From Giardia intestinalis (Eukaryota), in assembly GCA_000002435.2 (NCBI GenBank), contig CM018791.1: 64,000 bases of DNA. One strand, 5' to 3'. The notes under the pieces were generated by a model. That model was given only the letters and a program-made list of their open reading frames with translations. It had not been told where the DNA came from and did not search any database. Positions 12,201 through 17,710 of this stretch are shown here, piece after piece (position 1 is the stretch's first letter; every line of letters begins with the position of its first letter). Both the position numbers and the translations under genes were made by a program.

Positions 12201-14767
12201 ATTTGAAATTGGTAGCAGGATATGGCAATATAGCCAATACTGTCGATCATAACTTCAACAAGTACAGGTTTGCTTCTCCTCTCTCTAGCTACCACTTCTT
12301 TGTAACATGGGGCCCTGAGGTCACAGAAGTGTTTAGGAGCGTCTCTACGCGGTTGAGCCTCCCTAACTTATTTCTCTTCTCACAGGCATCTTTTGCCGGA
12401 GGCAATTTACAGAGCCTGAGTACGTGCATTCTAGACTCAAAGACAGCTACGCGAACTCACTCGCTTGCTAGCTCTATGGCTGTGCACCGAGAGAATTTAT
12501 CAGCTATCATAGTTTCGTTTCTCTCCCAGTCTTACTTCACTGACCTGGTTGCGTTGAGGCTGGAACAAGAGAGCTTAATAAAGCAATCTAAGCTGGGAAT
12601 GAAGCAATTTACAACTATGCATCTCGCTTCCGATGAGAACACCGTGCTAACTATGCTCCCAACTATACATCAGCAGATCACTACACAGACGCAGTACATA
12701 CTGTCCATAAACTCTATTGAAAAGAAGCTGCTCGCACTCATAAAGCAACGAGATGCGTGGACACGTGGCTCTGACTCGATTGTTTCTACAGCTACCCAGA
12801 CATTACTTGCATTTTCAAACTACTTGGCAAGATTGAGTGTTCGGTATCCGGCCCTGAGCGCATTCTGGACAACGCTTAGCCCAGAGAATCTTCAGAAGAT
12901 CATTGACTCAATGGATGGTGTCATGAGAGATACAGTGTTTGCTGGATCGTTCTATAGGTTCATACTGTATGCATTATTGCCTCTCCTTGCTCGAGCACTG
13001 CCAGTTCAACAATACTATATTACTGTTCTTGCACTGATAGTAATAGGAGAGCTATCAGCGCGTACTGCCATCCCCTCTACTATTACTACTTGGGAAGCAA
13101 TTTTCAAAGCAACTGAATCGGAATTAGACGAGCTTGTGACAAAGGAGCTTAATGCATTGCTGCCTCAGGCCAAAACACATGCCCTGCACTCTAACATAAT
13201 TACCTGCCTCAGTATCCTCGCAGAAGAAAACACTGTGTCTACACGGTTAATAGATAACATTTCCTCACTCACCTCTACTATTCGCCCACAGTGCAGTCCA
13301 TCACAATCTGATTATGATTTTCTCAATTCAGAGCAACCTCATTTTATCAAGGGCGGGAATCCTATCTTGTTTTTTACAGAAGACCCCATAGTTACTTGTA
13401 ACGCGCTGGCAGGAAAGCTACTACAGGCCAGACGACCTATCACCATTACGGCGGCGTCATCTATAGCTACACAATCTAGGATGAAGCTAAACGATCTGTC
13501 GTGGATCCATACTCTAGCAGCTCTTGAGGAGCCATTCTATAGCGATGAGTTTCCGCGAGCAACAATGTTTAAGACCAGCCATGACGCTTCCCAAGCATCT
13601 TCACTATCTGCAGTGACCATTGTCATCTGCCAATCAATTGAGTTGGTGGAAGTAGTGTTGCGCTCAGCTCGAGGAATACCTGGTAGACTTGTCATTGTCT
13701 TGTGGACAGGCTATATGGACACAAGTCCATTGAAAGAGTCTATGGCACTTATAAAGTTGTTGGCGGCGTATCCGACTGTGGCATGTGTGCATAGCCGCGG
13801 TCATCTAAGCAGCTCTGCTAAGAGTATGACGTATAGGCCTCCCCTGGCATCTCTTACACGATCTCATCTCTATGGACAGCAATCTTTGCAGCAGATGTAC
13901 AAGCATCCTCCTACGGCATGGCTTAACCTGGCCTTGGATATTATCTTCCCTGCACTGAGCCCGGAGCTTACTTTGCCAATGACCCCTTACGTATACTTGC
14001 GGCTAGAGCGGCTGTCTCTACTCAGCAGCGTCGTCACCGAGGAGTATTGTCCACCAAACACTATTATTGAGAGTATGTTGTTTCTAGGAAATGGAGTAGC
14101 AAGCAAGTTTTCACCAGCCACCATAATTCAGTACAGACAGGTAGATCTGACGACATTGCTGGACGGATCCCTCTTTCAGAAGCTTATCGCCTATATTCTT
14201 CGACCTCTCTGTCTTACGGATAGTGCACAGCGCATCATAACCCTGTACCTGTTCTGTCTTTGGCTCTTCATTAAGCATCTCAAAAAGGATGATCCGGAGA
14301 CTCTAGCAGCAAAGGTGGCCTCATTTTCTCTCGGCGAGGTATGTGATACGCACCTGAATGGCGTGATGTGGCCTAAGGATCAATTTCTGGCTATCATTCA
14401 ATCTTTTGGTGTTATTCTAACATCAAAACCAGTTGAGTGGACCAAACACAATGACTCACTGGTGTGGCATCATGCGAATACCATTTCTGGCCATGCACCG
14501 CTTATGGGTCGCTCTAGAGAGCTTCCTAAGCCAAGCTTTTGGTACCCCACAACACCAGTATCCACCCCTGCTTACCCAATAACCTACAAGGTCGCAGCTT
14601 CCCCTGGCGGTGGGTTCCACTGCTATGCTGTACCTTTTTCCAGACCTCTTCAGACCAATACGCCACCCGAGGACCCTGAAGCCACAGGGGATCGCACAAG
14701 CGAAACGCACCATGATTTACTTCTGCAACCTGCTCCGACCGGGGCCATATCCTTGCTCAGAAGCTAA
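263..14767 (+). CDS. Giant hypothetical protein (~4835 aa from first ATG; the ORF is open from 161 but that start is a TTG). No recognisable catalytic domain. A Cys/His-rich cluster (CVGCQLVDHGAACHACHNCRCFCRC) lies near nt 11650-11740.
   Basis: Uninterrupted 14.6-kb ORF. First in-frame ATG at 263 (MEDLIKRL...). The amino-acid composition looks like a real protein (leucine-rich, probably helical repeats). The Cys/His cluster was read directly from the translation. No P-loop, kinase, BEACH or HECT motifs seen. Confidence 0.75.
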   Translation: MEDLIKRLIELLQITNKSNCEILGFYNSPDYKDLSPAELFTWLEKNGEFARVDKIDYVLFGDSNDMTKIGIKVESDTSEEKLAEIRKAKLAYYSRLLTRGEPLPIKPENIKLIISESPYLPDVTIETRLRSLLPLVSLTCKLILLSDDLSTQIEDWFSQSINAISIQDIKIAIIHAIDVALSFLASVGDEIAISSIARMIFETLSKYRQQFIVLFIIKAALDNTQVGFGYDVTAYDTFQPYNKGDISFDEYLGIDSREPLTISLYVKDLLSKAQYQLTDDVIARKAVDTFIEYANKLHFAMNTYCIKTRIDKLIQLQHHEIALSVLSTHESILLDSFLLPVFCDSRSDFSLLAEPDFLSTEFSKTPDASSCLLPPMRPVVHISKVNGRSGIGKFITTVNCAGYYSYKSIVAKSLMHDLHLPPLRILKMTPAIRSLRKLRYLMVGGSERMLMQSMHHYQADLLTSFTSYHTDSLFDLEWLSSSSIISYYNTTTGTLFSKPISCYNVCKPEIDEYLADLARGPIAACLHNALEQKSDTAAQIEWASVVEALGFALADLRSMDSSSRVEHVLQNRLEAFWNNLADVVSCSSFYRDAYEHSSAARYVFQVSTPDTFDDLYTTDNTICLHSRNLRDLLRIRKLHQGAKLRPKQLAVPNAGNLSPFISGYIFPYSNPFITRLKHFQFTVMRGLYEQQLWMEPAVSHLYNINVIVQLILLQSCAFRELSALNLCLSINHSASASFESESSLAIRIAPEGLKKSACNIFCYKPFIEFPSPPETFGQVVSDLIMALKYASVSRFNANLSFNQLALRKTSRQGLWTLCSDIFNTQTAAIKTNAHVCSSQLLNPLRTHLSGYRLLFSAIVEATLYESYYSPVCRPKLALKVPELTSKHQDPLPFILIPLPQRIIDAISTVLACCGYTGYEFVAFKLLYPTGVYVYYIDGILQRSRYAQRWTKTYSIPQSSSDQLLFTKDTVSYSLLIDPVQRVLTEREALEYIPLATPLCFQYLHLLFTTTTIAFINHCLSLSFGLYTTQFANLLQTELLCSAPDSPYRNELSYFVRGLPLRITIHAIRKLMLNIQEGAIYQHKDSLETLDNLGNLVGSLRQLVIDHRKYKVLTFDKSYTDLILERAMHRLSRLHDLRAEPLTIYTGDPLKLGELYAARTSDSSYHPAMHSADVDSLCALSSSDEDDDALDPGVDAEEALTNLRNKLDHRLEHTAHSQMRYNADLCRADRQLSGSVDQTCATSTSPGAGDTVSRAMTVDRFLTIGQITSLFGFSNSMLEASILLPCFSDARSQHILDVLDEMDTLLSTVRGCVNRNPDTGDISIEQTISVCPDFMNTYSSLITCPTKEIEKYEDSLGQHLRTISAQSSPKVDQSMYTFCQSEIEAISSFHNEVYSEGGLIGRLGSAPLEVDAPYFAPSFRGLTSFVKATELLLLEHFAILVTPTTTGYSDPRVLNFLNVKLPLHMAYSVIFVSVASRFFSASEVLKLLATPVLVVIRDLTSEPVKNNLPASLQELASLFATISTVKAPGRLIIWDPSLIAAASEPVVYELSPVLRSALGAAQIPISSHYIVMASDLFEWCMPPPIVSLPQPIVCLAKLLSGYISMPKVSLDTIGSFISRISSCTSGADTEPRASYRMAVGLLSLQCHTNHRLMTLLEAISSVIGKSELGLGFTGKNALEALRTFLGIEFWGTKVLLAVAPRLPAFVYLLSPNPCSNAVHKLASISIIGPVIDNTSTRDLELTGPHINCSAPILLEVLTSVCLPCIHCPRWVEMFYEQFYATDCRGLVPLNTKGWGILASLAYSILNRVDNLIHGLYLGITDFKLDFSSTSCLSIIEKVSAQPVLTHGFDLMTDTYTTELLILSLVRILTDFQLSSNTLSLKALLNKSGTGHGTALNTKEEIFKIYNGLDTVSIISAIHVIRNLSELHTLYSGEVILDSHCIYILVIPEQHIPVTSDRYYHIMRILSAKRESTTKLIVLTNCRSIYGRYVELGITTESPLAQELDGPCLHGMLSHAHLLYEFASNLSYSNIVESYNASTGAFAELEAANVSATMFEETLSNFVFTLEQRIFVVNLAECLKILFVPILYIPLEAYKLTPTLSTQTLSGILTIYLYLLQLYSVLTARPKLGALRACIYPHYSFECNMDFLMIITLITDRFSTALAYIIAILFSFATTAVKLFLLCSTDHVFNRELLLSKLNNDPATALAKHHSKCLCDMIQLVLLEKKGKTQYECAMNKISSEFNQPLFECTQILNHYFKGIIDLLNLPGDSHVYRTPYLYLLPQFPDLSASIEATCSSYESILAVRTIVGSYKHSKPEALDPLRHVTFELTPLPYPSDFLADITDAQVPTGDHEADLLVYRAVIYQHKGISREDYKGFSLAYCLAASAYFCRPFCLAASLFGVQNTVVLKYAYPLIKQDCSTMVHTEYVSPSSVTSSSSLDILSLRSYYRVTKLYLRDESDIRVFLSRHHTWFCLTEDSSERLAIAFVRTIIIIEVECPEVLASGFLSSFAYHQLIQMPDSLGHVMTYKMVNVCPIINICLAIGQTKTNVNALNLLSHLYCPHAIADCYSSPEGDTGTAALFTPTQQVLLYVLQTEIGALLDPAAVVHLCKRLACLSIPYTSLLPILWAFSQLYSLYLYSNVLTSQGTRSINSPETSTRTTEAVDSLLDFVYFQQFGLQIASSSNWSNPQQLIETMVTNLIPALSSISVESSSILASSLSSEPSICPVFSKNYLLQILSIHINAVHMRNLFNRIMFHYAGTVDRRDKVLMRMRQATSSSSNDNLLAPSTRNNLLPSFSLDSIDTSFRSPLIILDKLLKDAFHRRLPSTKLEKLFTLPYVSGIRTPISVVISSYLSYDEFVFTVSRLTCSEVKVPMSSKRTSISSVVVDLGGICGAYPSADIGANQTLGQLSSRERILMGIRAAVGSILRLSPSIYMPTNARKDRTDTYLLRASVSYYDEQRESCMATAPDNIKKDAGRYLFGTSAAADEYSASMFELSIPFPVGRFISIPSPSSTICSNIHDVQASLYTFATYAGFQPAMLPEYNRVIIIAPISLLLGTSTLDVLSSLGEMSSSESLWQPSELSDVLSDFTTNTSVSMPTLPLLNSIIATRLSIFIFDDLNIMDSKAVLSPELQRLRALATILNLQDYSHILPTNLQVFTEAFNLDYFYTEETFGEELNDTDSNEAASPVLGNDIHLLTTPSKEKPVSFLPGDLLTFTEIATNSTNPYIITMRLRCSYLLKYMWRLFSSEYTLPQNILLAVFGSAGNGYALSNKSIPSTAITVKSQLESVQKSRVLLSGNSTRLQSGLSNFSSARDLSNEDFGSAQLDTELRQLSKRTLLYCNLIYRILATGAIKENPVVTSKQTTLLSDKFIRGAKEPVPLATDPDSAQESSYHHSESQFDSPRHLSLEKGLDSDTTSDSATSTLIKVILELLPQATAEFSVLKHYVSIELMTSLANALSNSIVLYYSKEHLSIQDSAVTLANLQHHIGTLQSAAASHAKCVEEVDSLIQTQEESISTLLKQEVEYQTTVNMLLSEKEALGLTLDTQLEDLFLKVEPCRIKIEEAISFLYRLFHVSLEASPDLLLSDISVELLVSLFGVSRTFLQASTLSIDTALSIKLTELDISHILNTPLSPAALTLLEEEPSPKSALSDCLCRLGSAIVEYKALLMPHTMLTNNSAYANYHKLAILLALKRVDEELVKAQLQIAGVNLENYRKERANLETQKKLLLETDDIRVPQEDILALISRRTDDELHCRRMLHLAALYGSLISACTLFGFHHLGLFTAMLDASFGKTKDAQLCVGCQLVDHGAACHACHNCRCFCRCTRTYQPTGAYVTNAAQTLPLLCTDITKKEHLLNVVTKVFGEVCLTKSSLQYRLTLGHTALLEYISCVVLCQLPSRAPIYVSGNILHSAIAEAVSGSPGYTVISMKNENKLVDDTEEFYTSFVNTLQETLSAHTHSVIFLKVETINWKALDLLGALTYDLKLVAGYGNIANTVDHNFNKYRFASPLSSYHFFVTWGPEVTEVFRSVSTRLSLPNLFLFSQASFAGGNLQSLSTCILDSKTATRTHSLASSMAVHRENLSAIIVSFLSQSYFTDLVALRLEQESLIKQSKLGMKQFTTMHLASDENTVLTMLPTIHQQITTQTQYILSINSIEKKLLALIKQRDAWTRGSDSIVSTATQTLLAFSNYLARLSVRYPALSAFWTTLSPENLQKIIDSMDGVMRDTVFAGSFYRFILYALLPLLARALPVQQYYITVLALIVIGELSARTAIPSTITTWEAIFKATESELDELVTKELNALLPQAKTHALHSNIITCLSILAEENTVSTRLIDNISSLTSTIRPQCSPSQSDYDFLNSEQPHFIKGGNPILFFTEDPIVTCNALAGKLLQARRPITITAASSIATQSRMKLNDLSWIHTLAALEEPFYSDEFPRATMFKTSHDASQASSLSAVTIVICQSIELVEVVLRSARGIPGRLVIVLWTGYMDTSPLKESMALIKLLAAYPTVACVHSRGHLSSSAKSMTYRPPLASLTRSHLYGQQSLQQMYKHPPTAWLNLALDIIFPALSPELTLPMTPYVYLRLERLSLLSSVVTEEYCPPNTIIESMLFLGNGVASKFSPATIIQYRQVDLTTLLDGSLFQKLIAYILRPLCLTDSAQRIITLYLFCLWLFIKHLKKDDPETLAAKVASFSLGEVCDTHLNGVMWPKDQFLAIIQSFGVILTSKPVEWTKHNDSLVWHHANTISGHAPLMGRSRELPKPSFWYPTTPVSTPAYPITYKVAASPGGGFHCYAVPFSRPLQTNTPPEDPEATGDRTSETHHDLLLQPAPTGAISLLRS

Positions 14768-16015
14768 GTCATTAAGGGACCTATCGCTTTGAGTGTCCTC
14801 CCGTTGAATCTTAAGAATGTTTTCAAGATTTGGATCACTGTGGGAGTCCTCAATAGCCTCGGCCACATCTGCGTTTGTATCTTCAACCTTCGCCCCAGAG
14901 TCGCTTTTCTTTATGAGCCTTCCGTCTTCTTCTAATTCAAAGTTGAGAGCTTCGGCATATTTTCGCTGCTCGTCAAAATTCCACTTGTATCCGTTGACCT
15001 GGATGTCGCGCTCGCATAGTAGGAAGTATGTCGCAGTCATCTGGTTGTGTCTATTGTTATTCAAAGATCGTATGATTTTTGTCGCGCTCCAATCGGAAAT
15101 CTTTGTGACCATTGTGTAAATAATTCTAAAGTCTACCACTTTGCTCATCTTCAGCTCAGGGTTGGGCTCCTCAGGTCCTGTGTAACACTGGATATACCAC
15201 GGGTGCTTTGTGATCTCATCAAGCGTGATCCTCTTATCTGGATCTACGACCAAGATCTTCGAAATGAGGTCCGCGGCCTCTGGAGACACGTGATCAGGGA
15301 TATGAAAGACCCCGGAGATGATCTTTTTGTAGAGAGTCTCTGTGTTGTCGTGGTCGAAGGGAAGGTGCCCACAAATCATGGCAAATAGAATGATGCCAAT
15401 GGCCCAGACGTCGATACTCGGGCCGTGATATTTCTTTCCACTCAACATCTCTGGGGACGCGTAAGATGGAGAGCCACAAGCTGTTTTGAATTTCGCTTCG
15501 TCAGACATAAGGATGTTGGACAGACCGAAGTCGATCAGCTTGATGTTGTATGAAGAATCAAGGAGCACGTTTTCTAGTTTCATGTCCCTGTGGCACACCT
15601 TCCTAGAGTGGCAATAGGAAAGTGCAGAAACAATCTGATGGAAGTACTTGCAAGCCTCTTCCTCGGAGAGCTTTTGCTTTTGGACCACATAATTAAAGAG
15701 CTCTCCGTTGTCAACATATTCTGTCACCAGATAGATGTGACGAGGGGTATCGATGACTTCTAAAAGACGAACAATGTTCGAGTGATCTAGGAGCTTAAGG
15801 ACTTGGATCTCTCTCACAATGCGTTTGAAGTCATCTTCGCACTGAATTCGGCTTTTATCTAGCACTTTCAAAGCGACCCGTTCACCTGTAATTAGGTGTG
15901 TGGCGAGCCTTACGTCTCCAAAGGTTCCTACCCCGAGACTCTTTCCAGTGATGTAGTTAGACACGCGCTTCACGCGGACACGTACAGTAGAGGAGCCGGT
16001 CGTTGTTGATGACAT
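14717..16015 (-). CDS. Ser/Thr protein kinase of the CAMK-like (AMPK/MARK-related, CAMKL) family, with a UBA-like segment after the kinase domain.
   Basis: Glycine loop LGVGTFGDV, VALKVLDK, HRDMKLENVLLD, DFGLSN, GSPSYASPE. C-terminal ...NRHNQMTATYFLLCERD resembles the UBA motif of MARK/AMPK-related kinases. ATG at 16013-16015. Confidence 0.8.
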   Translation of the reverse strand: MSSTTTGSSTVRVRVKRVSNYITGKSLGVGTFGDVRLATHLITGERVALKVLDKSRIQCEDDFKRIVREIQVLKLLDHSNIVRLLEVIDTPRHIYLVTEYVDNGELFNYVVQKQKLSEEEACKYFHQIVSALSYCHSRKVCHRDMKLENVLLDSSYNIKLIDFGLSNILMSDEAKFKTACGSPSYASPEMLSGKKYHGPSIDVWAIGIILFAMICGHLPFDHDNTETLYKKIISGVFHIPDHVSPEAADLISKILVVDPDKRITLDEITKHPWYIQCYTGPEEPNPELKMSKVVDFRIIYTMVTKISDWSATKIIRSLNNNRHNQMTATYFLLCERDIQVNGYKWNFDEQRKYAEALNFELEEDGRLIKKSDSGAKVEDTNADVAEAIEDSHSDPNLENILKIQREDTQSDRSLNDLASEQGYGPGRSRLQK

Positions 16016-16390
16016 ACGGACAAGCCAATTCTATCGATTTTTCTACCTTATTTTTTGTTTTGTAGTGCAGCTTTTAATGGTGGATATTTTTTTGAAACCT
16101 GCCACCACTATCTTGCTCAAGGACGACAGCGCCTCCATAAGCAGGACTCGGACCTGAATACCCTCTACTTAAGACTCGGCATATACTTTGTTTCTCTCTT
16201 TACCTTGTTCCCAAGAGGTCCAGTTCCTATGCGAGCTATGAGGCATCTAGAACGTGACCTTCTTCTTAGCAACTTACAGGTTATACCAATATATTGTTAC
16301 TGCAATTCCAAATTTTACAGATTTGAACATTCACCCCATTCGGCAAGCAAACAACACTCACAAACAAGGTTTTACTTCTTACTCAGCTGA

Positions 16391-17617
16391 CTACATCCTA
16401 TAGAAGCTTTCAGCAAAGATGCGTTGGAGGTCGGAACGCGACGTCGGAACAGGAGTTATTGAGAGAGTGGCCTTGGCTCCGTAGTATGCAAGAGTAGCGT
16501 CTGTGAGAGTGTCAACGTCTTCGAGATTAAAGCCTTCATCTGTTAACGTCCCCGAAAAGCCGACCTTGTTGTGGAAGGCACGCATGCGCCTGAAGGCCTG
16601 CTCTGCTTCGTCGGGTGTTCCTTTGAGGTTCCCCAGGATCGGCCTAAAGAGGTCGTTCAGGTAGCCACAGACCTTCGGCCAGATGTGCTTGAGGACCGCC
16701 GGCTGGAGGAGTGCCAGACCTCGACCGTGTGCAAGCCTTGGCCTGTACGCAGACAGGGTGTGCTCCATAAGGTGCGTCAGGTGGCAGCCGCTTTCGTCTA
16801 TGGCCATACCAGCAATTGCAGCAGCATAGCTGAGCCAATAGCGGGCGCGAAGATTGTCTGGTTCTGCTAACGCTATAGGTAAGTAGCGAACGATAAGGTA
16901 AACGGCTTCTCGTGTCAAAGTGCATACATAGGGGGTCATTATCGTGGTTGTGGATGCCTCCATCACGTGGTTGAGGGCGTCAATCGTTGTGAAGCGCACC
17001 ATGTCAGGGCTAAGACTAAAGAGGCCATTAATATCGTCTATTGAGTAATCGGGATAGAGGAACTCAAAGCCGATCCCTGACTTGATCGGATAAAGCTCTC
17101 CCGTGAGGATGGACGCCACGGAGTAACGGTCACACTCCGTCCCAGTTCCGTGAGTTAGGTTGACCAGAACAAGCTTGGAGCGGCACTTAGGCTCGAACTC
17201 ACCCTTATAAAGCTCTCGAGCTTTGTTATTAGAGTACTCAAGAAGAATAGACACCGCCTTCGCAGAATCGCATGGGGATCCGCCCCCAATTCCGCACACA
17301 AGAAAGCCCGGGCCATACTTCGCTCGAAAGAGGTCTACAGCCTCGTCAATTTGCTCCACGGTTGGGTTGGTGCTGATACCGTTGTAGTGCAGGTACTCTA
17401 TCCCACGCTCAGCAAGAGCTTTAGTGATAGTGTCCCAAAGGCCACACTTCTGGTACGCTGTCGGAGAGCTAACAAAGCCAACACAGGACGGTTTCAGGTC
17501 ATCAAGGATTTCTCCAAACTTGACAATGGCCCCAAATCCAAAGAACAGGCCGCGGTTGGTGCCATGGGCTATGCGCACGACTCTTGTGATGTCGGATGAC
17601 TCATAATAGTCGGTCAT
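16391..17617 (-). CDS. Iron-containing (group III) alcohol dehydrogenase.
   Basis: GIGGGSPCDSAKAV matches the Fe-ADH GGGSxxDxAK signature. The ~400-aa length and His-rich metal-site region (HLMEH) agree. ATG at 17615-17617 preceded by a 93-bp AT-rich spacer. Confidence 0.85.
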   Translation of the reverse strand: MTDYYESSDITRVVRIAHGTNRGLFFGFGAIVKFGEILDDLKPSCVGFVSSPTAYQKCGLWDTITKALAERGIEYLHYNGISTNPTVEQIDEAVDLFRAKYGPGFLVCGIGGGSPCDSAKAVSILLEYSNNKARELYKGEFEPKCRSKLVLVNLTHGTGTECDRYSVASILTGELYPIKSGIGFEFLYPDYSIDDINGLFSLSPDMVRFTTIDALNHVMEASTTTIMTPYVCTLTREAVYLIVRYLPIALAEPDNLRARYWLSYAAAIAGMAIDESGCHLTHLMEHTLSAYRPRLAHGRGLALLQPAVLKHIWPKVCGYLNDLFRPILGNLKGTPDEAEQAFRRMRAFHNKVGFSGTLTDEGFNLEDVDTLTDATLAYYGAKATLSITPVPTSRSDLQRIFAESFYRM

Positions 17618-17710
17618 GGTTATATTTCTATAATTTCAAATAAGTTTAATTTCAAATAAATTTACGCAAAATTAAATATTTAATATGAATGTCCTAAAGT
17701 TACATAATGC
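17618..17710 (-). promoter_or_regulatory. AT-rich spacer immediately upstream of the Fe-ADH start (likely promoter) and downstream of the coiled-coil gene. Contains two copies of the 13-nt motif taatttcaaataa (17631-17643 and 17647-17659).
   Basis: Very high AT content. The duplicated 13-mer was read directly. Placement just upstream of the ATG is consistent with short AT-rich initiator-type promoters in diplomonads. Confidence 0.45.

Noticed and set aside
784-14713. Dozens of 60-110-codon ORFs on the opposite strand or in alternative frames inside the giant gene (for example 784-1047, 3970-4287, 9361-9684, 10963-11286).
   Set aside because: All are fully embedded in a much longer, protein-like ORF. 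Their translations are low-complexity (Ser/Arg/Cys-rich), as expected for antisense frames. There is no independent start context.
16055-16390. 111-codon + strand ORF filling the kinase/ADH spacer.
   Set aside because: The translation is Phe/Tyr/Cys/His-rich with no motif and no AT-rich initiator before an ATG. It is more likely chance ORF in a spacer. The region is noted instead as a long spacer of unknown content.
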